This document shows, in pieces, positions 17,862-25,866 of a DNA stretch of 34,690 bases. The position numbers and the translations under genes are program-made. Source of the stretch: Myxococcales bacterium. GTDB lineage: Bacteria > Myxococcota_A > Polyangia > Polyangiales > Polyangiaceae. A model generated the notes under the pieces. That model made no database searches. It had not been told where the DNA came from and worked only from the letters and a program-made list of their open reading frames with translations. The stretch's first letter is position 1. Every line of letters begins with the position of its first letter. Location: assembly GCA_043747615.1 (NCBI GenBank), contig JAYTOU010000018.1:1-34690 (forward strand), written 5' to 3'.

Positions 17862-18391
17862 TCAGCGGCCCCACCCGCCGTTCCTTGCGCTCCAACCGAG
17901 ACCGAACGTGCGAGCGAAGCACCGCGAAGATGCACTTCGAACGTAACGGTCGCGCCTGCCGACGTGAGGGCGGGGCATTGCACCGCGGCGGACCCATCAG
18001 CGGGGTCGGCGCGCAAGTCGCCGGCGAACTTTGTTTTCGCGACCTTGTCGTTCGTCTCGCAGGTCACCGAGCCCGCAAGCTCAGTCGCGGGGATTGGCTT
18101 CGACTCGGCGTCGCTCGGATAAAGCCGAACGAGACCACTCGGGGCAACGACGACTTCAACGTGAAGGTGCACTCCGTTTTCGGCGTGCATTTTCACGATT
18201 CCGCCGTGCGCGGAGTGGTGATGGCCGCTCGGCGCAGCCTCGTCATGGTGGTGATGATGCTCAGATTCCGAGGCATGACCCGCAGTCTCGACGTTTGTCG
18301 GCGGGCCGGAAGCGGGTGCCTGTGCGGCGTTTTCGCCTCCGCAGGCAATCAACGAGACGAGGCACGGCGCTGCGACGAGAAATGATTTCAT
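17858..18391 (-). CDS. His-rich lipoprotein (putative metal-binding)
   Basis: ATG 18391; lipobox LIAC; GHASESEHHHHHDEAAPSGHHHSAHGG followed by a beta-rich domain (HLHVEVV..GLVRLY); GTGA overlap with the PLP enzyme gene. Confidence 0.8.
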   Translation of the reverse strand: MKSFLVAAPCLVSLIACGGENAAQAPASGPPTNVETAGHASESEHHHHHDEAAPSGHHHSAHGGIVKMHAENGVHLHVEVVVAPSGLVRLYPSDAESKPIPATELAGSVTCETNDKVAKTKFAGDLRADPADGSAAVQCPALTSAGATVTFEVHLRGASLARSVSVGAQGTAGGAAE

Positions 18392-18408
18392 GGGGTGCCC
18401 TGATGCCC

Positions 18409-18423
18409 GCAAGAAGCGGACCG
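18409..18423 (-). promoter_or_regulatory. Putative sigma54 -24/-12 promoter of the lipoprotein-PLP enzyme-MATE operon
   Basis: CGGTCCGCTTCTTGC (GG-N10-GC with TTGC); same form as 19972-19986. Confidence 0.5.
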
Positions 18424-18484
18424 CCGACGGCCACCCCGGCGCGTTGGGTCACTTTCGAGAACGGGCAACGTACACCCTCGGCCC

Positions 18485-18720
18485 CTATGCTGCTCGATGG
18501 CGGCCGATCGCACCAAGCTGATCAATCAAGCTACTCGCTAGCGCTGCGCGAGGCGAACGTCGTAGCGATCTGCGGCGGGCCCACCAGCAGCCGCCTGAGC
18601 GAGGAGCTCCTCGATCCTGGTCGCGAGGTTGCGCGCCTCATCACAGCACGTCTTCGTCGACGATGCTGGGATCGTTCGTGACTCTCCGTCGCAAGGAGGA
18701 GCTGGTCGTTCCTGGTTCAT
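18485..18720 (-). pseudogene. Small helical protein with an apparent 1-nt frameshift near 18545
   Basis: MNQERPAPP...TCCDEARNLATRIEELLA...YDVRLAQ then TAG. Restoring one G gives ...RLAQALASSLIDQLGAIGRHRAA*, which continues the amphipathic helix. Confidence 0.5.
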
Positions 18721-18756
18721 GATTTCACTCCGAGTTGCGTCGAACCGAACACGCAA

Positions 18757-19218
18757 TCACGGGGTCCATGCCTCGGCGCGTGGAACCATCGTGCTCTTCG
18801 GCCGAACCACGAGCACGGGACGGTCCGCGTGGTTGACAACCTTCGCGGCGGTCGTGCCGAGCAATCGGTCGACCACGCCGTAGCCGTGAGAGCCAATGAC
18901 GATGAGGTCCGCGTCGTGCTCGATCGCTGCTCTACAGATGCCATCCCAGGGCGAACCGACATGGGTCGAGACTCCGTCCAGCAATTCGGGGGGCACATCC
19001 CGGCTCTGCACAGTGAGGTCTTTCTTCACCTCGTCGATGAGGAGTCCCACGAGATTCTCGGGTGAGACCGAATAGAGGTGCGCCGGCACGTCGTGCGGCA
19101 AGCCGACGGCGCGGAACAAGCGCACCTTAGCGCCCAGTCGTCGCGCGAGCTCGACGGCAGTCGCGAGAACGAGCGGCGCTCGCTCCGAAGCATCGAGGCA
19201 TACGAGAAGTCGTTCCAT
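18757..19218 (-). CDS. Universal stress protein (UspA family)
   Basis: RLLVCLDAS N-terminus; DADLIVIGSHG...LLGTTAAKVVNHADRPVLVVR. Confidence 0.93.
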   Translation of the reverse strand: MERLLVCLDASERAPLVLATAVELARRLGAKVRLFRAVGLPHDVPAHLYSVSPENLVGLLIDEVKKDLTVQSRDVPPELLDGVSTHVGSPWDGICRAAIEHDADLIVIGSHGYGVVDRLLGTTAAKVVNHADRPVLVVRPKSTMVPRAEAWTP

Positions 19219-19287
19219 TCACTCGGCGAATCCACGTTCCATGCCGCTCGCCGACGCAGCGCGAGATGCGTGCTTCGTCGTGGGCAT

Positions 19288-19323
19288 TGCGGCTTACCGC
19301 ACCAGCCTTGGTCGGCTCCTTGC
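19288..19323 (+). promoter_or_regulatory. Sigma54 -24/-12 promoter with adjacent TGCGG-N4-CCGCA palindrome
   Basis: TGGTCGGCTCCTTGC at 19309-19323; palindrome TGCGG-CTTA-CCGCA at 19288-19301, between the divergent usp and 19349 genes. Confidence 0.6.
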
Positions 19324-19348
19324 TCTGCGTGGCGCTCGAGCGACCCAG

Positions 19349-19786
19349 ATGAACACTACTGCGACTGAACCCCTTAGCGTGCTCGTCGAGAAGTACTCCA
19401 CTTGCTGGAGCAAGGCCCCGGCGCGGGCTGTCGTCCGCGGAGAGCTTCGTTCGATTGGATGGGAGCTCGAGCTCTGCGCGACGCACGGCGAGACAGAACA
19501 TCCGCCGACGGCGGGCTGCCGCGAGTGTCCACCTGTCGTCGACGCGCTCGAGCGCGTGGCCCGTTCTATTTTCCCAACTGAGCATAGAAGCTCGCGTTAC
19601 GAGGTTCATGTTCGCCCCGGAAAGATCCAATACTCGCACGCTCATCCGGGCGTCGCAGAGATGGTTGCCGTCATCACGATTGAGCACAAAGAGGGAATCA
19701 ACGAACCGATCGATGCCTGCGAGAACCTTTGTCTCGCCGACATGGAATCGAAGCTTCGCGCACTGGGCTCGCGCGAGAGGGGATGA
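19349..19786 (+). CDS. Hypothetical cytoplasmic Cys/His protein
   Basis: ATG 19349 downstream of the sigma54 box; GWELELCATH...HPPTAGCREC and DACENLCL motifs; GC-biased codon use. Confidence 0.7.
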   Translation: MNTTATEPLSVLVEKYSTCWSKAPARAVVRGELRSIGWELELCATHGETEHPPTAGCRECPPVVDALERVARSIFPTEHRSSRYEVHVRPGKIQYSHAHPGVAEMVAVITIEHKEGINEPIDACENLCLADMESKLRALGSRERG

Positions 19787-19971
19787 TGAGCGGTATCTGC
19801 GCGCGGCGGACGCGCGTTGTGCAACGCGTCCGATTTACGACGTCGACCGGGCTGACACGCCAGTCCACCGATCCTCTTCACCACCCGCGCCGTCGCGCAA
19901 CGAATGCACCGCAACGCACAACCTGCGTCTCTCGACCCTCGGTGCGAACCAGCGTGAACGGTCGATGCGGA

Positions 19972-19986
19972 CGGTCCGGCGTTTGC
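19972..19986 (+). promoter_or_regulatory. Putative sigma54 -24/-12 promoter
   Basis: CGGTCCGGCGTTTGC, 51 nt before ATG 20038. The upstream palindrome CGCGTTG-TG-CAACGCG (19813-19828) and CGCAACG repeats (about 19896-19917) lie at enhancer distance. Confidence 0.6.
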
Positions 19987-20037
19987 GCAACCGGGCAAGC
20001 GGACCAAACCGGCCCGCCTAACAAGGAACCACGCTCA

Positions 20038-20313
20038 ATGATCTCTCGCTCCTTCGTATTTGCCGCGGTTCTCTTCGCCGGCGCGTGCTCAAAGTCCGAC
20101 CCGGGCACGTCGACCACAACGGCAGCGCCCGCAGCGGCATCGGCATCAATCACGACGGGCCCGGCGGCGCCGACGACCCCCGCAGCCCCGGCAGCCCCCG
20201 CCGACGACCACGCCGCTAACATGATGAACGGAATGTCGCCGGGAATGCACATGTCCGACGGTGGAATGGGCCGACCGATGGGCCCGATGCCGGGGATGGC
20301 CGGCCACAAATAG
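20038..20313 (+). CDS. Small lipoprotein with Met/His-rich C-terminal tail
   Basis: SD AAGGA; lipobox AGAC; Ala/Pro/Thr linker; last 36 aa contain 9 Met and 3 His. Confidence 0.8.
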   Translation: MISRSFVFAAVLFAGACSKSDPGTSTTTAAPAAASASITTGPAAPTTPAAPAAPADDHAANMMNGMSPGMHMSDGGMGRPMGPMPGMAGHK

Positions 20314-20453
20314 ATTGGAAGACGAGGACCTCGATCGGAGCGGCCGCTTAGCGCGACCACTCCTATCCAATCTTGTCCAACGTGAAAGTGGCATTCAATG
20401 CAAACTGAACTTTTGAAAGTAATGGGCATGACGCGCGTACTAAAAAGTCGGAA

Positions 20454-21155
20454 TCAGGCCCGGCGCCAACGACGAAAGAGTCGGAGCGCCCAGAGCGACG
20501 CACCGCTCGCCACCGTGAGCACCGCCAGAAATGCCGCCGCGAGGATCAGCGGGTGGTGAAAACTTTCGCGGCCCGTGTAGTCCATGATGTGGAGCGACCA
20601 AAAAAAGTCGTACGTGCGCCAAAGCGAGGTTCGTCGAGCTGTCACTTCGCCCGTGGTGGCATCGACGTAGACATGGGTCCCCGCAGAATCGTCTAGGTCC
20701 ACCCGCCACGCGGGGAGCGGCTTTTCGCGGTACTCGATCTCGCCGCGCGCAACGTTCTCGACCCGCGTGGCCCGCGGATGGCCTGCCTGATCGCGACGCG
20801 CGGTCTCCTCGGCCTCTTCGCGGGAAACGGGACTCGGCGCTCCGAGGCGCGCGTCGATGCGCACAGCGCGTTCCTTGTTCCGGACGATGTAAAACACACC
20901 TTGCGGCCGAGCGCGGAGCTCGATCGTGATGGGGTCCATGACGCCTGCGGCCGATGCCATATCGGCTGCCAGTGGAGGTGATACAAGCTGTCCGCTCGCG
21001 GGAAGCGGCGCATCGTGGGCACCTTCGACAAAGCTACCGCGAACCCTCTCGATCGGGAAAAATGCGAAGAACGATCCGCTGAGCGTCCAGATGCAAAGTT
21101 GCAGAAATGCGGCGGCGGAGATCCACCGGTGAAGCGTGTAGAGTCGCCGATTCAT
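20454..21155 (-). CDS. PepSY-domain / PepSY-associated TM protein
   Basis: LHRWIS...QLCIWTLSG N-terminal TM; PepSY-like VYVDATTGEV; WRTYDFFWSLHIMDY; C-terminal TM. Confidence 0.85.
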   Translation of the reverse strand: MNRRLYTLHRWISAAAFLQLCIWTLSGSFFAFFPIERVRGSFVEGAHDAPLPASGQLVSPPLAADMASAAGVMDPITIELRARPQGVFYIVRNKERAVRIDARLGAPSPVSREEAEETARRDQAGHPRATRVENVARGEIEYREKPLPAWRVDLDDSAGTHVYVDATTGEVTARRTSLWRTYDFFWSLHIMDYTGRESFHHPLILAAAFLAVLTVASGASLWALRLFRRWRRA

Positions 21156-21230
21156 TTCCGGGCGGATCTACCACGCCGGAGAGTTTGCCGCTTCGCGGCT
21201 GCCGTTTCCAACCGTGGACACGGCCGCGGA

Positions 21231-21974
21231 TCAGCGAGCGACGAGCCCTTGCGCGCGCCTCAGAACTTCATGCGCCGTGTCGGTGTCATCGGAACGCACC
21301 GCTACAGCAAAGCCCGCGTTCATCGCAGTGACTCGCGCCGTCACGTTCTTCGGAACGAGGGGACAAGAAGCCATCTCGGGTACATCGTGGCCAAGTGCCG
21401 CGTTGCGCGCGAGGTGACAGTCGATCACGTGCTGAAGCCATGGCGCCGTCATCCCTGGCGTCGCGCGAAATGTGATGATCGCACCCGTCGTCCTGGCCGA
21501 GCTCGCTTTTCCCGAAGTCGCACCTTCGTTGAGCGGTTCGACGCTCGCGATGTCCTGACGATGTTCGAACGGGCTCATGTCGCGATCTGCGTCGGCGATG
21601 CCTACGCATGCGTTCGCCTCGGCGTCCCGGAGCGCGTGCGATGCTGCGCGGTGATCAGCAGCCATCTGTTGGTGCTTCTTTGCCTCGTCCAAGTGGACGG
21701 CGGTCGCGTTCGAGGTGGACGTCCAGCATGCGCCGCCTCCCGACTCGGTCCCCACGCGACCTCCCCCGCAATGCTCCATTCGCTTGGTCACCGAGGGGTC
21801 GTATTGCTTCTCGTGGGACGCGGCGACGTCGGTCTCCCCTGCCGCCATGGCCTCGTGGTGCGCGGCGCTCATGTCGTGTGGCTGCGCGCCGGGTGTCGTG
21901 GATGCGCACGCCGAGGACGCGGCGACCGTGAAGACAGCAAGCACTTCTCTCAAACCAACCGTCGTCGATCGCAT
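21231..21974 (-). CDS. His/Met/Cys-rich lipoprotein of unknown function
   Basis: Lipobox SSAC; TPGAQPHDMSAAHHEAM; HQQMAADHRAASHAL; DCHLAR..GHDVPEMASCPL. Confidence 0.8.
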   Translation of the reverse strand: MRSTTVGLREVLAVFTVAASSACASTTPGAQPHDMSAAHHEAMAAGETDVAASHEKQYDPSVTKRMEHCGGGRVGTESGGGACWTSTSNATAVHLDEAKKHQQMAADHRAASHALRDAEANACVGIADADRDMSPFEHRQDIASVEPLNEGATSGKASSARTTGAIITFRATPGMTAPWLQHVIDCHLARNAALGHDVPEMASCPLVPKNVTARVTAMNAGFAVAVRSDDTDTAHEVLRRAQGLVAR

Positions 21975-22004
21975 GGGACACCGTTCCTTCGCTCATCTCG
22001 CAAC

Positions 22005-22019
22005 GCACGATTTGTTCCA
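22005..22019 (-). promoter_or_regulatory. Putative sigma54 -24/-12 promoter
   Basis: TGGAACAAATCGTGC, 30 nt before ATG 21974; TGCGG-TTT-CCGCG at 22121-22133 about 100 nt upstream. Confidence 0.6.
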
Positions 22020-22194
22020 GAGAGCGCTCGTTGGAATCGGCAAGAAATCCCGTCATGAGGCGTGGGGCATACGAGCCCAGATCGGTGACAAGCGCACGCC
22101 CTGCGCACTCGTGCAATTGCTGCGGTTTCCGCGACTCCAAGATTGGCGAAAGGCACGCTTATCAGTGGTGCGCCAAGTGCACTGAGCAATCCCG

Positions 22195-22641
22195 ATGACG
22201 GACCCGGCCTCAAAGCTTCAAACGCTCGAGCCCATGAGAGCCGCGGTGGTCCTGACTGTCCTGCTCGGCGTCCTCACGATGGTAACCGGTGTTTATTTCG
22301 CGGTGCTTCGACCGCCAGTGCTCCCGGAGGACATTCGACTGACCGGTGTCTCCCCGGACTTGTTGCCGCCGGCATTCTTGCAATGGCTTTCAATCGTGTT
22401 TCGCACCTGGGGTGGGTTCACGATCGGCTTCGGCATTCTGCTCGTTTCGACCGGCATGTTCCTGTCGAAAGGAAATCGACGTTGGCTTCGAGCAGGGCTC
22501 GGAGCCTCCGCGCTCATCAGCTTTGGACCCTTCCTCGCAAGCAACGTGCAGATTCAGTCGGCGTCCGTCGGGTACATCGCGGTCCTCTTCTTCGTCAGCG
22601 TCGGTGTCGCCGCAACGCAACTCAAACGCTCCGATCCTTGA
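22195..22641 (+). CDS. Hypothetical four-TM membrane protein
   Basis: Four hydrophobic segments; GVYFAVLRPPVLPEDIR and WLSIVFRTWGGF motifs; start at 22195 or 22234. Confidence 0.7.
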   Translation: MTDPASKLQTLEPMRAAVVLTVLLGVLTMVTGVYFAVLRPPVLPEDIRLTGVSPDLLPPAFLQWLSIVFRTWGGFTIGFGILLVSTGMFLSKGNRRWLRAGLGASALISFGPFLASNVQIQSASVGYIAVLFFVSVGVAATQLKRSDP

Positions 22642-22672
22642 CCGAGCGGCGTGCCTTCATTGGCGCCGAGAA

Positions 22673-22942
22673 TCACATGCACATGGGGGCGGGCGGAGTG
22701 CCCATCACCATGCACCGCTGACCTGCGGGGCAGGTCATGGTCGCACACGGACCGGCCGGGGCCACGTTCGACTGCGGCGGTGCAGCCGGCGCGGTGAGCG
22801 CATTCGGCGCGGGCGAATACGTGGTTTCGGTAGCTTGCGGATTCGCCGGATGGTTGGCCCCGCGCGAGGGATCCGCGCCGTCTCCGGCACAACCGATGAG
22901 CGTTACGACGAGAGCAACAACGGTGACGATACGTGCGTTCAT
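22673..22942 (-). CDS. Small lipoprotein with HPANP motif and Met-rich 4-Cys tail
   Basis: ATG 22942, 30 nt after the oxidase stop; lipobox LIGC; ends CATMTCPAGQRCMVMGTPPAPMCM. Confidence 0.7.
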   Translation of the reverse strand: MNARIVTVVALVVTLIGCAGDGADPSRGANHPANPQATETTYSPAPNALTAPAAPPQSNVAPAGPCATMTCPAGQRCMVMGTPPAPMCM

Positions 22943-22971
22943 GGAGGATCCTTCGGGGTTCGAGGTTTTCA

Positions 22972-24231
22972 CTAAATCGAAACTTTCTTTGCGACCGTTC
23001 CCTCGGGATGCTTGTACCAACCCGGATCGTCGTAGCTCGTGATCCCTTCGCGGACCTTGAGCACGGTGAACATCCCGCCCATCTCGATCGGTCCGAACGG
23101 TCCGGTTCCCGTCATCATCGGAAGCGTGTTCTTCGGCCGCCCCATGTCCATCATCCCACCCATTCCGGTTTCGCCCATCGCCATGTAACCCGGTAGGATC
23201 GCCTGAACTTTCTCTTCGGTCTTGCCCGTCTTCACGCCGATCATGTTTGGGACCTCGTGGCCCATCGCGTTCATGGTGTGGTGCGACTTGTGGCAATGGA
23301 ACGCCCAGTCGCCTGGAACGTCGGCGACCCATTCGACGTCACGCGTCGCACCGACGGGAACGTTGACCGTCGTCTCCGGACTTCGTGCGCTCACGGGAGT
23401 TTTCCCGCCGTCCGTGCTCGTGGTCTCGAATGCGTAGCCGTGAAGATGGATGGGATGACTGTCCATGCTCAGGTTTCCGAAGCGAACGCGCACCCGGTCG
23501 CCCTTCTTCACCACGAGCGGCGCCGTCCCAGGAAACGCGCGGCTGTTGAAGGTGAAAATGTTGAAGTCCGTCATCACCGCTGGATTCGGCCGCGCCGTGC
23601 CCGGCGGAATGGCCCACTCGTGGAGCATGATGGCGAAGTCGCGATCGATCCGCGGATTCTCTGCGACGCGTGGATGGATGACGAAGAACCCCATCATCCC
23701 AAGGGCCATCTGCACCATCTCGTCCGAGTGCGGGTGGTACATGAACGTCCCGTGTTGGCGGAGCGTGAACTCGTACTGGTACGTCTCGCCCGGCTCGATG
23801 TGCGGCTGCGTGAGGCCCGCAACACCGTCCATTCCGTTCGGAAGAAACACGCCGTGCCAGTGGACGCTCGTTCGCTCGGGGAGCTTGTTCGTCACGAGGA
23901 GACGGACGCGATCGCCTTCCACCGCTTCGATCGTAGGACCGGGTGTCTGCCCGTTGTAACCCCAGCAGTTGACGATCATCCCGGGCGCGAACTCCCGCTT
24001 CACCTCTTCGGCGAAGAGATGAAAAACCTTCACACCGTTTTCCATCTTCCAGGGCAGCGTCGTCCCGTTCGGGGTGATGACTGGCTTGTACGGCCCCGTC
24101 GGCGCCGGTAGCGGGGGCTGCGACGGCGTGCCCGACGATGGCGCGTCGGCCGACGCCGTTCGGTTGTTGAGGAGGAGTGAGCTGCCGAGGAGTGCTGCCC
24201 CGGAGAGTAAGACGTTACGTCTATCGATCAT
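22972..24231 (-). CDS. Tat-exported multicopper oxidase (copper resistance)
   Basis: Twin-arginine DRRNVL signal; copper motifs HWHG, YHPH, HPIHLHG, FHCHKSHHTMNAM; Met-rich C-terminus. Confidence 0.93.
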   Translation of the reverse strand: MIDRRNVLLSGAALLGSSLLLNNRTASADAPSSGTPSQPPLPAPTGPYKPVITPNGTTLPWKMENGVKVFHLFAEEVKREFAPGMIVNCWGYNGQTPGPTIEAVEGDRVRLLVTNKLPERTSVHWHGVFLPNGMDGVAGLTQPHIEPGETYQYEFTLRQHGTFMYHPHSDEMVQMALGMMGFFVIHPRVAENPRIDRDFAIMLHEWAIPPGTARPNPAVMTDFNIFTFNSRAFPGTAPLVVKKGDRVRVRFGNLSMDSHPIHLHGYAFETTSTDGGKTPVSARSPETTVNVPVGATRDVEWVADVPGDWAFHCHKSHHTMNAMGHEVPNMIGVKTGKTEEKVQAILPGYMAMGETGMGGMMDMGRPKNTLPMMTGTGPFGPIEMGGMFTVLKVREGITSYDDPGWYKHPEGTVAKKVSI

Positions 24232-24312
24232 GTGAACCTCGTAAAGGAACTACGTACAGTGAGCCCGTCGGTTCCGCGCTCAGGAGCCATGGTGATGCGT
24301 GCCGAGCATGCT

Positions 24313-25794
24313 TTAATTCGGGATCGTTGGAGGGGCCGGGCCCGGTACCTTCGTGGGGGCGCCGGCGGCTGCGGGTGAGCCCGGAAGCGCCAGTCGCACT
24401 CCGACTGCCCGTTCCAGATCGGACCGCGCAATCCAGTAGTCGCGCACGGTCTCGATGTATTCCCGGTACGCGGAGACCTCGCTCTGCTTGGCGGAGAGAA
24501 GCTGGTACACGCCGAGAAGCATCGCTTGATATTCCTGCTCGGAGAACGCCACCACGCTTTCGCGAAGCGGAATGAGCACGGTGCGGTAGTAGCCCGCGAG
24601 ATCCCTCGCGACGGTTACCCGGCTGCGAGCGGAGCGAACCTCGGAGCGTATTTCGATGGCCCGCGCTTCGAGTCGACGGTTGCTCACCCGAAGCTCGGCA
24701 TCGAGCCGAGCGATGACCGCCTGCTTCTGATCGAAAAGAGGCAGCTCGAGCGCCACGCTTGGAGCCACGGCGACGTTGCCGATTCGTGGAGTGCCGGATG
24801 AAGCACTTGCGTCCCTCAGTCGAGCAACGTCGGCGCCCACCGTCACACCGGGAGTCCAGCGCGTCGAGCGCGCGAGCGACACCGCGCGGGAAAGAGTCGA
24901 CACTTCCTGACGAAGCGATGCGAGGTCTTGGCGCTGCGAGATCGCGAGCGACTCGAGGCGGTCCAAGGACACCTCCTGCTTCGGCACGTCGGGAAGCCGG
25001 TCCGACGTCTTCCACTCGGCCGCCCTGCCCCACGCGCCCATGAGCGTGGTCAACCGTTCGCGGTGACCGATCACTTCAGCCTCGCTTCGCGCGAGGTCCA
25101 GCTTGGCCTGCTCGAACGTCGCCCGGTCCGACGCGCGCGTGAGCTCGCTGATATTGCCTGCTTCAAACTGTCGCATGGAGAGATCGAGGGCGGCTTGCGA
25201 GGCTTCGGAAATCATCCGCCTCATCGCTACGATCTGCTGCGCGGCCTGCACCATGTAGAACGCCGTGCGCACTTGACCGGCAAGATCGAGGACCGCGTCG
25301 GTCACCCGCCGCTTTGCACCTTCGAGCTGTGAGGCGGCGATCTTTTTCCGCGCAGGCAGCATGAAGACATCCAAGAAATCTTGCGTCACCCCTCCGACCA
25401 GATTGGGATCGAGCACGTCCCACTCGGAAGTGGTGATCCTTCCGGTGAACGTCGGATTCTTCAGCAGACCGGCCTGGACGAAGTCGGCTTGAGCAATGCT
25501 CAGCTCTTCGAACGTGGCCTGGAGCGCGGGGTTGTGGAGGAGCGCAACCTGCACGGCCCCGTCCGCCGTGAGCTCATGCGTGAGCAGCTTTTCCACCATC
25601 CGAGCGGCCTCCGCGTCTTCCGGTGCATCGGTGCTCCAGGATATCTTTGAACCAGCTCTGGCTTGCACGTCGTGCGCGACGTCGCGAAAGGGAGCGCTCG
25701 GCGACGTCGACGCACAGCCGACCCCCGCGGCGGCGATGCTGCTCAAGACGAAAACGATTCCCACCGAACGGCGCTCGGCTCGAAAATTACTCAT
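24313..25794 (-). CDS. TolC-family outer-membrane lipoprotein paired with the copper oxidase
   Basis: ATG 25794 with GAGG upstream; lipobox GVGC; AVQVALLHNPALQATFEELSIAQADFVQAGLLKNP; ELPLFD; YQAMLLGVYQLL..K...Y..TVRDYWIARSDLE. Confidence 0.9.
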   Translation of the reverse strand: MSNFRAERRSVGIVFVLSSIAAAGVGCASTSPSAPFRDVAHDVQARAGSKISWSTDAPEDAEAARMVEKLLTHELTADGAVQVALLHNPALQATFEELSIAQADFVQAGLLKNPTFTGRITTSEWDVLDPNLVGGVTQDFLDVFMLPARKKIAASQLEGAKRRVTDAVLDLAGQVRTAFYMVQAAQQIVAMRRMISEASQAALDLSMRQFEAGNISELTRASDRATFEQAKLDLARSEAEVIGHRERLTTLMGAWGRAAEWKTSDRLPDVPKQEVSLDRLESLAISQRQDLASLRQEVSTLSRAVSLARSTRWTPGVTVGADVARLRDASASSGTPRIGNVAVAPSVALELPLFDQKQAVIARLDAELRVSNRRLEARAIEIRSEVRSARSRVTVARDLAGYYRTVLIPLRESVVAFSEQEYQAMLLGVYQLLSAKQSEVSAYREYIETVRDYWIARSDLERAVGVRLALPGSPAAAGAPTKVPGPAPPTIPN

Positions 25795-25866
25795 GAGTGT
25801 CCTCGGATCGACGGAAGTCACATGCCAGAAACGACGGCGTCCGTCGACGCTAGGATCGAGGCGACC

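Noticed and set aside
19878..20429. Minus-strand ORF with CIECH (heme c-like CxxCH)
   Set aside because: Antisense to the Met-rich lipoprotein, no signal peptide, and the motif sits in the AT-rich patch; most likely chance.
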